Notes under the pieces: model-generated
The model's database searches: none
What the model was told of the DNA's origin: nothing
Seen by the model: only the letters and a program-made list of their open reading frames with translations
NCBI GenBank assembly: GCA_031422435.1
Contig: JANPLU010000022.1
Coordinates: 1-17,281 of the forward strand
Reading direction: 5' to 3'
Source: Acaryochloridaceae cyanobacterium VAR_48_metabat_390
Lineage (GTDB): Bacteria > Cyanobacteriota > Cyanobacteriia > Thermosynechococcales > Thermosynechococcaceae
DNA length: 17,281 nucleotides
Shown: positions 7,943-15,989 of the stretch, in pieces
Layout of the letters: each line of letters starts with the position of its first letter
How positions within the stretch are numbered: position 1 is the first letter of the stretch
Position numbers and translations under genes: made by a program

Positions 7943-10900
7943 ATGCCGCAATCCATTGAACAGCTTGTATACACAAGTTTCTCGACGCTAGAAAGTAAGA
8001 TGCTTGCTAGCACTAAGATGCCGCAATCAGTACAGCAGGTTTTTGAAGAAACTATTGTGCATCCATACTTGAACAGCCCAGCGTTTGATGGGCTGAAAAT
8101 GAGTGCGGCTTACCTGCATCAGATCGAATCTAATGCTTTGCTGTTCGGCTGGCTATACTGCGATGAGGCCACCCAAGGCTCAGAAGAATTGATAGCGCGC
8201 TTCATTTGCTATTACTCAACCCAACTTCTGAATGGAGAGCAGTTAGAGCTAATCTTTAAATGCTTAGAAAAAGGGCCTGCAACCCCCTTGAATGGCTGGG
8301 CAACGCTTAATGCCCTAGGACCTGTGGTTCTTCCAGAGTCGGGAGACTATGAATCGACAAAACCCGGCGTTGTCATCCCTTCTGGGACTAGAGCAAAGAC
8401 CCGTCTACTGCTTTATCAACAAAAATTGCTTCATTGCTTTATTCCGTCTGAAGCGTTGATAGATGACCTTCAATCCTTCGAAAGTTACACGGAATTCGTG
8501 GATTCTGATTCTGTCGTTGAGAAGCCCTCTCCTCTCGCGCCCACTTCAGCCGCCGCCCCAGTGGGTAAATATGCCTTGCTCATTGGTGTTAGCAATCAAA
8601 ATTTAGGAATTCGGACATTACCGGGTGTCGAGCAGGATATTGACACGCTTCAAAAAGTTTTAGCCGATCCCCTAATCGGAAATTTTGCAGAAGTTTCTAC
8701 TTTGCTCAATCCAGATAGCCCCGTGATGGCTGAGCGAATTGAAAGCTTTTTAACGCATTGCCCTAATGACAGTATGGCAATGATTTATTTTTCTGGATAT
8801 GGAATTTTAGATCGGCAAGGAACGCTCTGTTTAAGTACAGGAAGCAGCCGAAGAAATGAACAGGGCAAAATTATTCGCTCTACCTTTGTCGCAACAGATT
8901 TTCTGGCGGCTATAATGCGAGACGGTTCTTCTAGACATAAGACTCTGATTCTGGATATCTGCTTTAGTACAGAAGACGTACATCAGGATGCAGCAATCCG
9001 TCAGCGAACTCTAGACCTAGCGAGACAGCAATTAGGCGGCTTAGGCCATACGATTTTAGTTTCTTCAAGAACCAAAGGTGATGTGGGGTCTCAAAAGGGA
9101 TTTCGCCCTTCTGTGTATACCTTTTATTTAGTTGAAGGTCTTGCAACAGGAATCGCAGACAAGAATGGGGATGGCCTCATTACGTTAGAGGAACTACATA
9201 CTTACGCAAAGCACAAAACAAAGCTGACAAGTCCAGCTTTGTCTCCATTTTTCTACGGAGAAATATCTGAAAAGCGCCAAGTCATTGCAATGGCACCAGT
9301 TAACAACCCTAAGCTCCGATATCGGCGAGAAGTTGAGCGTTTAGCTCAAAATGGCTCTATTTCCTTGGTTAATGAGTTAATGCTGAATGACATTCAGAAA
9401 ATGCTCAATCTTTTGCCAGAGGATGCTGCAAAAATCAAGGTCGAAGTTCTTAAACCTTACAAAGACTATCAGCTTAAGCTCCGACAGTTTACTCTAAAAT
9501 ACTTAAATCATTTTTATCAAAGAAATCGAGATGGTGTCAATGTTAGCAGCGAAGTTTTAAGCTTGCAAAACTCTCTTGGTCTAACGGATCAGGTTACGTC
9601 AAAAATAAAAACAGAAATTTTATATCGGTTTAATGAAATTCAATTTTCAGACCCTACCTTAAGCTCTTTAATGACCGAAGGAGATGTTCAGGTCTGGCAA
9701 GTTCCCTTACGATTTCAGTTGATTCACTTGATTAGAAGCTCACTCAACCTATCTGTAGTTAAAGAATATATTGGTCGCATAGTGGCATCTTTTTCAAGAA
9801 CGGGTTCTCGATATGAGATCTTTAGAAAAGCACAGGATTTAATCAAAAATCAGTCTGTACTCTTATCATCTACTAATGTTTTTGCTCAGATTTATGACTT
9901 AACCAATTTGCCACGGAGCACCCAGAAAAATTCTGGCTGGAGTTTGCGCTGGCGGATAGGTTCATTATTGCTGATAGTCGTTCTTGCTTTAGTTGGCTTT
10001 TACCTTATATCACTCGCACTACTAGACTCTCGACAAAAGCAAGAGCAGCAGAAGACTATTCAAGATCTAGAAAATTTTGTGCAGCAGCAAAAATACGATC
10101 AGTGCGAAGTATTGAGCCAATCGTTATCACAAAAATTAAGTCGCTTAGCGCTTATTGAGAGCCTAGTGGAGCAGTGTAAAGCGGGTCTACGTTGGCAAAA
10201 GGCAAATGTGCAGCCGATTTCAACGGCTTCAAGCGAGGTGCAGGCGATCGCTTTCCGTCCAGATAGCCAGCTCTTGGCTGGCGGCAGTGGTGATGGCAAA
10301 ATTCGATTTTGGGATACTGAAAAACAAAGGCTAGTGCAGACGTTGAATGGGCACTCGAGCCGCGTTTGGAGCGTCGGGTTTAGCCAAAATGGAAAGTTTT
10401 TGTCTAGTGGAAGTAGTGACAAAACCGTTAATCTTTGGTCATTATCAACGAATAAACTCCTTTACTCATTCAAGGGCCATAACAATACAGTTTGGTCTAC
10501 CACCTTTACCTCGGATGGACGCTGGCTTGCCAGTGGAAGCGAGGATGGGACTATCAAGCTTTGGAATGTCTCAAAAGGAACGCTAGGTCGAACAATTGAT
10601 CCTAAAGCTGGGGCAATTCGAGCAATGGTGGCAGGGGTTGATGGAAAAACGTTGTACAGCGGCGGAGCTGATAAGGCCATTACGGCTTGGGATATTGATA
10701 CGGGTAAGCCTAAATTTAAGTTTCAGACCTATAGCGATCGCGTCATTGCGCTAGCAATTAGTCAAGATGGAACAATGTTAGCCAGCGGGAGTAGAGACAA
10801 AACTATCACGATTTGGAATCTTAGTAACCAGACGCTGCTTCGCACCATTACTAAAAATGATGCAAGCGTTCAAAATCTGGCGTTTAGTTCTGATAATCGG

Positions 10901-11086
10901 ACACTAGCGAGTAATATTGGCGGAACGATAGGGATCTGGGATATAAAAACGGGGCAGTTTATTTGGAAATTTTCGGATTTGTCTAGCAAGGTTACGGCGA
11001 TGGATTTTGCTCGTAATGGGCAAACCTTGGCGATCGCCCGTCAAGATAAAGCGTTAAACCTTTTGCAGCCTGAACTGTCTCGCTAA
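7943..11086 (+). CDS. Membrane-anchored caspase-family (peptidase C14-like, probably inactive) WD40-repeat protein
   Basis: Caspase-like domain from KYALLIGV (8567) with YFSGYG and ILDICFS; hydrophobic helix 9956-10024; seven WD40 repeats ~10235-11070. ATG 7943 preferred over TTG 7892. Confidence 0.88.
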   Translation: MPQSIEQLVYTSFSTLESKMLASTKMPQSVQQVFEETIVHPYLNSPAFDGLKMSAAYLHQIESNALLFGWLYCDEATQGSEELIARFICYYSTQLLNGEQLELIFKCLEKGPATPLNGWATLNALGPVVLPESGDYESTKPGVVIPSGTRAKTRLLLYQQKLLHCFIPSEALIDDLQSFESYTEFVDSDSVVEKPSPLAPTSAAAPVGKYALLIGVSNQNLGIRTLPGVEQDIDTLQKVLADPLIGNFAEVSTLLNPDSPVMAERIESFLTHCPNDSMAMIYFSGYGILDRQGTLCLSTGSSRRNEQGKIIRSTFVATDFLAAIMRDGSSRHKTLILDICFSTEDVHQDAAIRQRTLDLARQQLGGLGHTILVSSRTKGDVGSQKGFRPSVYTFYLVEGLATGIADKNGDGLITLEELHTYAKHKTKLTSPALSPFFYGEISEKRQVIAMAPVNNPKLRYRREVERLAQNGSISLVNELMLNDIQKMLNLLPEDAAKIKVEVLKPYKDYQLKLRQFTLKYLNHFYQRNRDGVNVSSEVLSLQNSLGLTDQVTSKIKTEILYRFNEIQFSDPTLSSLMTEGDVQVWQVPLRFQLIHLIRSSLNLSVVKEYIGRIVASFSRTGSRYEIFRKAQDLIKNQSVLLSSTNVFAQIYDLTNLPRSTQKNSGWSLRWRIGSLLLIVVLALVGFYLISLALLDSRQKQEQQKTIQDLENFVQQQKYDQCEVLSQSLSQKLSRLALIESLVEQCKAGLRWQKANVQPISTASSEVQAIAFRPDSQLLAGGSGDGKIRFWDTEKQRLVQTLNGHSSRVWSVGFSQNGKFLSSGSSDKTVNLWSLSTNKLLYSFKGHNNTVWSTTFTSDGRWLASGSEDGTIKLWNVSKGTLGRTIDPKAGAIRAMVAGVDGKTLYSGGADKAITAWDIDTGKPKFKFQTYSDRVIALAISQDGTMLASGSRDKTITIWNLSNQTLLRTITKNDASVQNLAFSSDNRTLASNIGGTIGIWDIKTGQFIWKFSDLSSKVTAMDFARNGQTLAIARQDKALNLLQPELSR

Positions 11087-11173
11087 GCGATATCTACTTA
11101 ACCTCGACAATGTTAAAACGGACTATAAAATTTTATTGATTGATTTTTTGCTTTTATGAATGTCATGGTTATC

Positions 11174-11854
11174 CTAATTTTCTGGTTCAATCCCTAATGC
11201 TCTCAGTTGGGCGGCAAGTCTATCTGCCTGTGCCTGTGCTTGAGTAGCTTGATCTTGGGCTTGGGTGGCTAATTCAATTGGTGTAGGGATAAGCCGACCA
11301 TTAGCCTCAAAATAGCGTAGCTGTTGGTTGTGAATACCTAAAAATAGGTTTAGGGTTTCACTCCAGCGCCATCCTTGGGCATTGGGCTGGATTTCTTCAT
11401 ACTGTCGCCCTACAATCCGAAACCCCTGAAATTCTAGAGTTTCTGGCGAAAACCAAAAGTATTCCGGCGTATGAAAGCGGTCTTGGTAGAGCATTTTTTT
11501 CAAGGCTCTATCCGTTGAAGCGGTTGAATCTGACAGCAGCTCAATGATGATATCGGGATATTGACCGTCTTCTTCCCAGACGACCCAGGATTTACGTGGT
11601 TTTCGCTCGGTTTGCTGCACTAAAAAGAAATCTGGCCCTCTAAAGTCCCGATTTTTGAGCTGTTGGTGACTAAAGTAAATAGTCAGATTTGCGCCAATGA
11701 AAAAGTCCTGGCGATCGCCCCACAGCCATTCCAAACACGCCACCAATAGCGCTAGTTGGGTATAGTGCAACGAACTTTCCATTTCCGGCTCATCACTTTC
11801 GAGCTGTGTCATATCTGGCATTAAATCTGCCAGTTGTGCTGCGGTCAGTGCCAT
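11174..11854 (-). CDS. Uma2 family (DUF820) PD-(D/E)xK-like putative endonuclease
   Basis: SDEPEMES.LH, FRGPDFF, SWVVWEEDGQYPDIIIELLSDST, PEYFWF, C-terminal QA-rich coil and LRALGIEP. Start at ATG 11854, preceded by GGAG; the longer ORF would overlap ggt. Confidence 0.92.
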   Translation of the reverse strand: MALTAAQLADLMPDMTQLESDEPEMESSLHYTQLALLVACLEWLWGDRQDFFIGANLTIYFSHQQLKNRDFRGPDFFLVQQTERKPRKSWVVWEEDGQYPDIIIELLSDSTASTDRALKKMLYQDRFHTPEYFWFSPETLEFQGFRIVGRQYEEIQPNAQGWRWSETLNLFLGIHNQQLRYFEANGRLIPTPIELATQAQDQATQAQAQADRLAAQLRALGIEPEN

Positions 11855-11912
11855 CGTTTTAAGACTCCGAGCAACCTCATCTTTAGAATAACTGACTGAA
11901 CTTGGAAACACA

Positions 11913-13637
11913 TCAATATCCTTTGGCGGCTCCCTCTCCGCGTGGATCAGCGGCTCCTTCAAGAGTATTATCAGGGCTGACCACAATCAGATTGGCATTG
12001 CCCCACGGCGATCGCTCTTCCAAAACTTGCCCCCGTGCCTTCAGCGCATTGAGGGTAACGGCATTTAACCCACCTTTCTCAAATCGCAACTGATCGGGAA
12101 GCCACTGGTTATGAATTCGGGGGGCAGAAACGGCTTTTCCTGCGTCCATTTTATAGACCAAGCGATTGAGCAAAATCTGGAACACGGTGGTAATGATGGT
12201 GCTGCCACCTGGGGAACCTACAGCCAGCTTAAGTTTGCCGTTCTCAGTCACGATAGTGGGGGTCATGCTAGAGAGGGGGATTTTGCCAGGGGCGATCGCA
12301 TTGGCCTGGTTTCCCACCAATCCAAAGGCGTTGGGGGTGTTGGGGGCGATCGCAAAATCATCCATTTCGTTGTTGAGTATAATTCCGGTGCCAGCCGCTA
12401 CAACGCCAGCGCCAAACCCGAGGTTAATAGTAAACGTAAGGCTGACGGCATTCCGATCTTGATCTACGACCGTTAAGTGGCTGGTTTCTGTAGATTCTGT
12501 CTTGCTCAGAAATCGCTGAATCATCCCTAGAGAGGCGGCTTTCACCTGCGTTGCAGCGCGTGCTTGACCCATCGAAATTTGGCTACGGCGCAGAGTCGCA
12601 TAGGCTGGGTTAATTAAGGCGGTGACGGGCACTTTCACAAAGCTAGGATCGCCAAGGTAGATCGCGCGATCTGCGTAGGCAATTTTCATGGCTTCGGTCA
12701 TGAAGTGAAGCGCGTCAGGGCTATGCCAGGGTTGCTGACCTAAGTTTGCACTACTCCATAGATTCAAAAGCTGAATCAGATGCACCCCACCCGAAGAGGG
12801 TGGCGGCATAGAGCAGACCTGCATTTGCCTAAAAGCGCCACAGACGGGAATTCGCCAGGTTGGTTTGTAGGTTTGTAGATCTGCAAGAGTGATGAGTCCG
12901 CCGTGACGCTGCATATCTTGGGCGATCGCCGTAGCAATGCTTCCGGTATAAAACAGCCGAGGATCTTGGGCGACTGTCCGCAGCGTCCGCCCCAAATCTT
13001 TTTGAAATAGACGCGCTCCTGGCTTTAAAGGCTGTCCCTTTGGGGCAAAAATGGCGAGGGCTGCGGGGTTGGTTTTGAATACGTCGAGACGCTGTTGCGT
13101 GGCTTGGGAAAGGTGATCGCTCACCACAAACCCTTGCTCTGCCAACGCAATGGCAGGCCGCACCACTGCTGCCCACGGTAAGCGACCGTACTGCTGCTGA
13201 ACTTCGGCTAATCCGGCGATCGTGCCTGGAACGCCCACGGCAAGATAGCCATCGGTACTGGCATTGGGGCGCACCTTGCCCTGAGCATCTAGATACATGG
13301 TTGCAGTGGCTTTGAGGGGCGCTTTCTCTCGAAAGTCGAGGGCTTTGATGGTGCCTGTGGAAGCCTGTCGAAACAGCAAAAACCCGCCGCCGCCGATACC
13401 CGCAGAAAATGGCTCCACGACGGAAATCGCTAAGGTGGTTGCGGTGGCAGCATCTACAGCATTGCCGCCCTGCTTAAGGATGGATAGCCCCACTTCGCTT
13501 GCCAACGGATGGGCAGATGTCACCATGCCCCGCTGACTCCGAACCGACGGCGCAGAAAGTCCCCAGGTTGGCGGTGCAGTGAGAACCGCAACAAAGCTAA
13601 ACCCGACTAAGATGATTTGTCTATGCCAACGCTGCAT
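11913..13637 (-). CDS. ggt: Gamma-glutamyltransferase (signal peptide, likely periplasmic)
   Basis: [36 protein letters not shown], autocleavage site [26 protein letters not shown]. Confidence 0.96.
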   Translation of the reverse strand: MQRWHRQIILVGFSFVAVLTAPPTWGLSAPSVRSQRGMVTSAHPLASEVGLSILKQGGNAVDAATATTLAISVVEPFSAGIGGGGFLLFRQASTGTIKALDFREKAPLKATATMYLDAQGKVRPNASTDGYLAVGVPGTIAGLAEVQQQYGRLPWAAVVRPAIALAEQGFVVSDHLSQATQQRLDVFKTNPAALAIFAPKGQPLKPGARLFQKDLGRTLRTVAQDPRLFYTGSIATAIAQDMQRHGGLITLADLQTYKPTWRIPVCGAFRQMQVCSMPPPSSGGVHLIQLLNLWSSANLGQQPWHSPDALHFMTEAMKIAYADRAIYLGDPSFVKVPVTALINPAYATLRRSQISMGQARAATQVKAASLGMIQRFLSKTESTETSHLTVVDQDRNAVSLTFTINLGFGAGVVAAGTGIILNNEMDDFAIAPNTPNAFGLVGNQANAIAPGKIPLSSMTPTIVTENGKLKLAVGSPGGSTIITTVFQILLNRLVYKMDAGKAVSAPRIHNQWLPDQLRFEKGGLNAVTLNALKARGQVLEERSPWGNANLIVVSPDNTLEGAADPRGEGAAKGY

Positions 13638-13717
13638 TATGGTTTGCTCAAAATGGTTGTGCTGCCGTCTACAGTAGATCAGGCTATTGTTTGCGCTTAG
13701 AGAGGTTCTTTGTACTA

Positions 13718-14386
13718 ATGTCTAACCCTGACCTTAACTTAGCGGATTATATTGACCACACTTTACTGAACCCAATGGCGACGGAAACGGCGATCGCCCA
13801 GCTTTGCGAGGAGGCTGACAAGTATCATTTTCCTACCGTATGTGTGTATCCGAGTCGCGTCAAACAGGCTGTTGAACTCCTTCACAATCGAAACCCTAGC
13901 GTCTGTACGGTCATTGGCTTCCCGACGGGTGCAACCACCACTGCGGTTAAGCTGTATGAGGCTCAAGAAGCGCTTGAAAATGGTGTGGCTGAGCTGGATG
14001 TGGTGATTAACCTAGGCTGGCTCAAGCAAGGCGACTTTGATGCGGTTCATCAAGAAATTGCCCAAATTTGCGCGCTTTCTGATGCGCCTGTTAAGGCGAT
14101 TTTAGAAACTGCCGTGCTAACGGATGCCGAAAAGCGGATGGCGGCGAAGCTTTGCATGGAGGCTGGGGTTGAGTTTCTCAAAACCAGTACGGGCTGGCAG
14201 GGCGGCGCAACGGTTGAGGATGTAAGGCTTCTGAAGGAACTCACTCAAGATCGAATTGGTATTAAGGCTTCTGGTGGTATTCGGGCTGTGGAGCAGGCTT
14301 TATCACTGATTTTGGCGGGGGCAACGCGCCTAGGCACATCCCACGGAGTTTTGCTTGTGCAAATGCGAGAGGCTGAGGGCACGTAG
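13718..14386 (+). CDS. deoC: Deoxyribose-phosphate aldolase
   Basis: [53 protein letters not shown] 13718 follows AGAGGT at 13701. Confidence 0.96.
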   Translation: MSNPDLNLADYIDHTLLNPMATETAIAQLCEEADKYHFPTVCVYPSRVKQAVELLHNRNPSVCTVIGFPTGATTTAVKLYEAQEALENGVAELDVVINLGWLKQGDFDAVHQEIAQICALSDAPVKAILETAVLTDAEKRMAAKLCMEAGVEFLKTSTGWQGGATVEDVRLLKELTQDRIGIKASGGIRAVEQALSLILAGATRLGTSHGVLLVQMREAEGT

Positions 14387-14435
14387 CTACACCATGAGAC
14401 CGTTATAAATTGCCGCCTATTTATGATCGCAGGGT

Positions 14436-14973
14436 ATGGATCCAGGCACTGTTACTGAAGTTGAAGACGTTTGTGGGCGATCGCCCAGACGTTGAGCGAT
14501 TAGAGGTAAACACTTGACTTCCGAGGGCCGGATATATTTGTAGTGCTGGGTGTAGAGAAGCAAGACCGCCACAGTTGGGCAGTTTGGGAAGAAGGGGGTA
14601 GGTGCCCGAATGTGGTGATTGAGCTACTTTCTAGTGCTACGGCAACGGTAAAAAAGACCTGTATCAAAATGTGTGGCGGGTGCCCAATTATTTCTGGTTT
14701 TATCCCTAGACGGTGGAGTTTGCAGGGTTTCATTTAGTGGATGGTCGGTATGAGGCATTAGCCCCTACTGATGCAGGATGGCTCTGAAGCGAACAGCTTC
14801 AGCTTTTTCTAGGCATCCATCACGAGCAACTGCGCTGGGTTAGTGCGTAAGGGCAGCTTATTCCGTTGCCAGAAGAGGCGGAGCGACAGGCGAAAGAGAA
14901 AGCGCAGCAGCGAGTAGAACACGTAGAGGCAGTGTTGAGATCGCAAGGGATAAATCCAGATAACATTGCATAA
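14436..14973 (+). pseudogene. Degraded Uma2 family endonuclease gene (5' boundary uncertain)
   Basis: 14516-14650 reads DFRGPDIFVVLGVEKQDRHSWAVWEEGGRCPNVVIELLSSATATV. After a frameshift at the A-run near 14650 it reads KKDLYQNVWRVPNYFWFYP*TVEFAGFHLVDGRYEALAPTDAGWL*SEQLQLFLGIHHEQLRWVSA*GQLIPLPEE...LRSQGINPDNIA*, colinear with the intact Uma2. Internal stops at 14707, 14785 and 14848. Confidence 0.9.
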
Positions 14974-14997
14974 GCTTGGTTGGATGCAAATACCTGA

Positions 14998-15060
14998 ATC
15001 CACCCCGACCTTTGGGCACCCCTCCGTCGGCATAGCCTCTCCGTAAGGAGTGGCGGGGAT
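14998..15060. repeat. GC-rich structured intergenic element (REP-like / small dispersed repeat candidate)
   Basis: 40 of 60 nt in 15001-15060 are G/C. Stems: CCGAC/GTCGG (15005-09/15026-30), GCCtCTCC-GTAA-GGAGtGGC (15035-54), ATCC/GGAT ends. Single copy in the window, so repeat status is inferred. Confidence 0.45.
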
Positions 15061-15138
15061 GTTTGGAGTCGTCAGTATTATTCTTTGTCCGTAGAAATAC
15101 TGAACTTGAAAACCCGTGATATGAAATCTGAAAAGGCT

Positions 15139-15144
15139 GGGTAA
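15139..15144 (+). promoter_or_regulatory. SigF-type promoter element GGGTAA upstream of pilA1
   Basis: GGGTAA ends 63 nt before the pilin ATG; the same hexamer is the SigF-recognised element of the Synechocystis PCC 6803 pilA1 promoter. Confidence 0.6.
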
Positions 15145-15207
15145 GTTATTAATGGGAGCAAACAATACATCTCAAACCTAATACTTCAAACCAAGAGAGC
15201 AAGCACC

Positions 15208-15711
15208 ATGAATTCTCAATTCAAAGCCAAGTTTCTTCAAAATCTCGTCAGCAAAAAGAAAGGTAACGAAGGTTTCACTCTTATTGAGCTTTTAGTTGTC
15301 ATCATCATCGTTGGTGTGTTGGCCGCTATTGCACTGCCCAGCTTCTTGAACCAAATTGGTAAAGCCCGTGGTTCTGAAGCCAAGTCTACTCTGGGTACCG
15401 TTAACCGCGCCCAGCAATCTTACCGACTAGAGAACGGTACTTTTGGCCCTCTGACTAGCCTTGATGCAAAGATTACAACCAATTTTTTTGCAGTTGCTGT
15501 TAGCGCAGGCACTAACTCTGCTTTTGCATCAGGTTCACCAACTAGTGACGATTTGAAGTTTTATGGCGCACAAGTGCTTCAAACTGCTACCGACACTTTT
15601 CAGCAAGTTATTTGCGAAAGTAATGCTAACAAGGGTGCCTCTGCCACCCTTGCTGCAGCAACTCCTAGCGCCGCCAACGCATGTCCTAGCACTTCAAAAG
15701 CGATTCAATAA
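15208..15711 (+). CDS. pilA: Type IV major pilin (PilA1-like)
   Basis: Leader MNSQFKAKFLQNLVSKKKGNEG, cleavage G|FTLIELLVVIIIVGVLAAIALP (Phe at 15274), C-terminal Cys pair, codons typical of high expression (GGT, CGT, ACT). Confidence 0.93.
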   Translation: MNSQFKAKFLQNLVSKKKGNEGFTLIELLVVIIIVGVLAAIALPSFLNQIGKARGSEAKSTLGTVNRAQQSYRLENGTFGPLTSLDAKITTNFFAVAVSAGTNSAFASGSPTSDDLKFYGAQVLQTATDTFQQVICESNANKGASATLAAATPSAANACPSTSKAIQ

Positions 15712-15741
15712 CTGTCTAGGCCTAGAAAGTTCCTAATCCTA

Positions 15742-15781
15742 AAAAAGGAAGGGTTTTATAAAGTTAAAACCCTTCCTTTTT
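15742..15781 (+). terminator. Intrinsic (possibly bidirectional) terminator after pilA1
   Basis: Perfect 17-bp inverted repeat AAAAAGGAAGGGTTTTA / TAAAACCCTTCCTTTTT with a 6-nt loop, A-tract at the 5' end and T-tract at the 3' end. Confidence 0.8.
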
Positions 15782-15989
15782 AACTAAATAGTGTTAAATC
15801 AAAAAATAGATTTAACTAGTACAGCTTGGCTAAAGTCTATCGACCACCTAGCATTTTAGAGGTCAGACACTATGCTTATGGTCGCCAATCAATAGTGCAC
15901 GGATTTCCGCCAGGCAGTACTAGCTGGCTAGTTTTAATAAATGCTTTAAGCTTTGATCGCTATCAAAAAGTATGCTGGGAATACAGAGA

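Larger units (their letters stand above)
388..14484. repeat. HIP1 octamer GCGATCGC, dispersed
   Basis: Found by eye at 388, 1563, 1625, 2506, 4624, 4920, 7242, 7305, 10244, 10734, 11030, 11711, 12008, 12292, 12346, 12922, 13790 and 14477. Confidence 0.92.

Noticed and set aside
7943..8028. 11-nt direct repeat ATGCCGCAATC (MPQS twice, at 7943 and 8018)
   Set aside because: It is too short, has only two copies, and is plausibly chance or a trivial micro-duplication.
11855..11986. N-terminal extension of the Uma2 ORF in the ORF track
   Set aside because: It overlaps the ggt 3' end; family similarity and an RBS point to ATG 11854.
14980..15062. Possible c-di-GMP-I riboswitch upstream of the pilin (GCAAA...GCATAGCC...GCGGGG)
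   Set aside because: It lacks the GAAA-tetraloop P2 stem and receptor arrangement, and lies upstream of the predicted pilA1 TSS.
14500..15165. ORFs 14500-14733(-), 14543-14737(+) and 14809-15165(-)
   Set aside because: They are explained as a fragment or antisense shadows of the Uma2 pseudogene and the pilA1 promoter region.
15772..15799. dif/Xer-like site (TAGTGTTAAAT resembles the XerD arm TTATGTTAAAT)
   Set aside because: There is no credible XerC arm; the position is occupied by the terminator T-tract, and such a match is likely by chance in AT-rich DNA.
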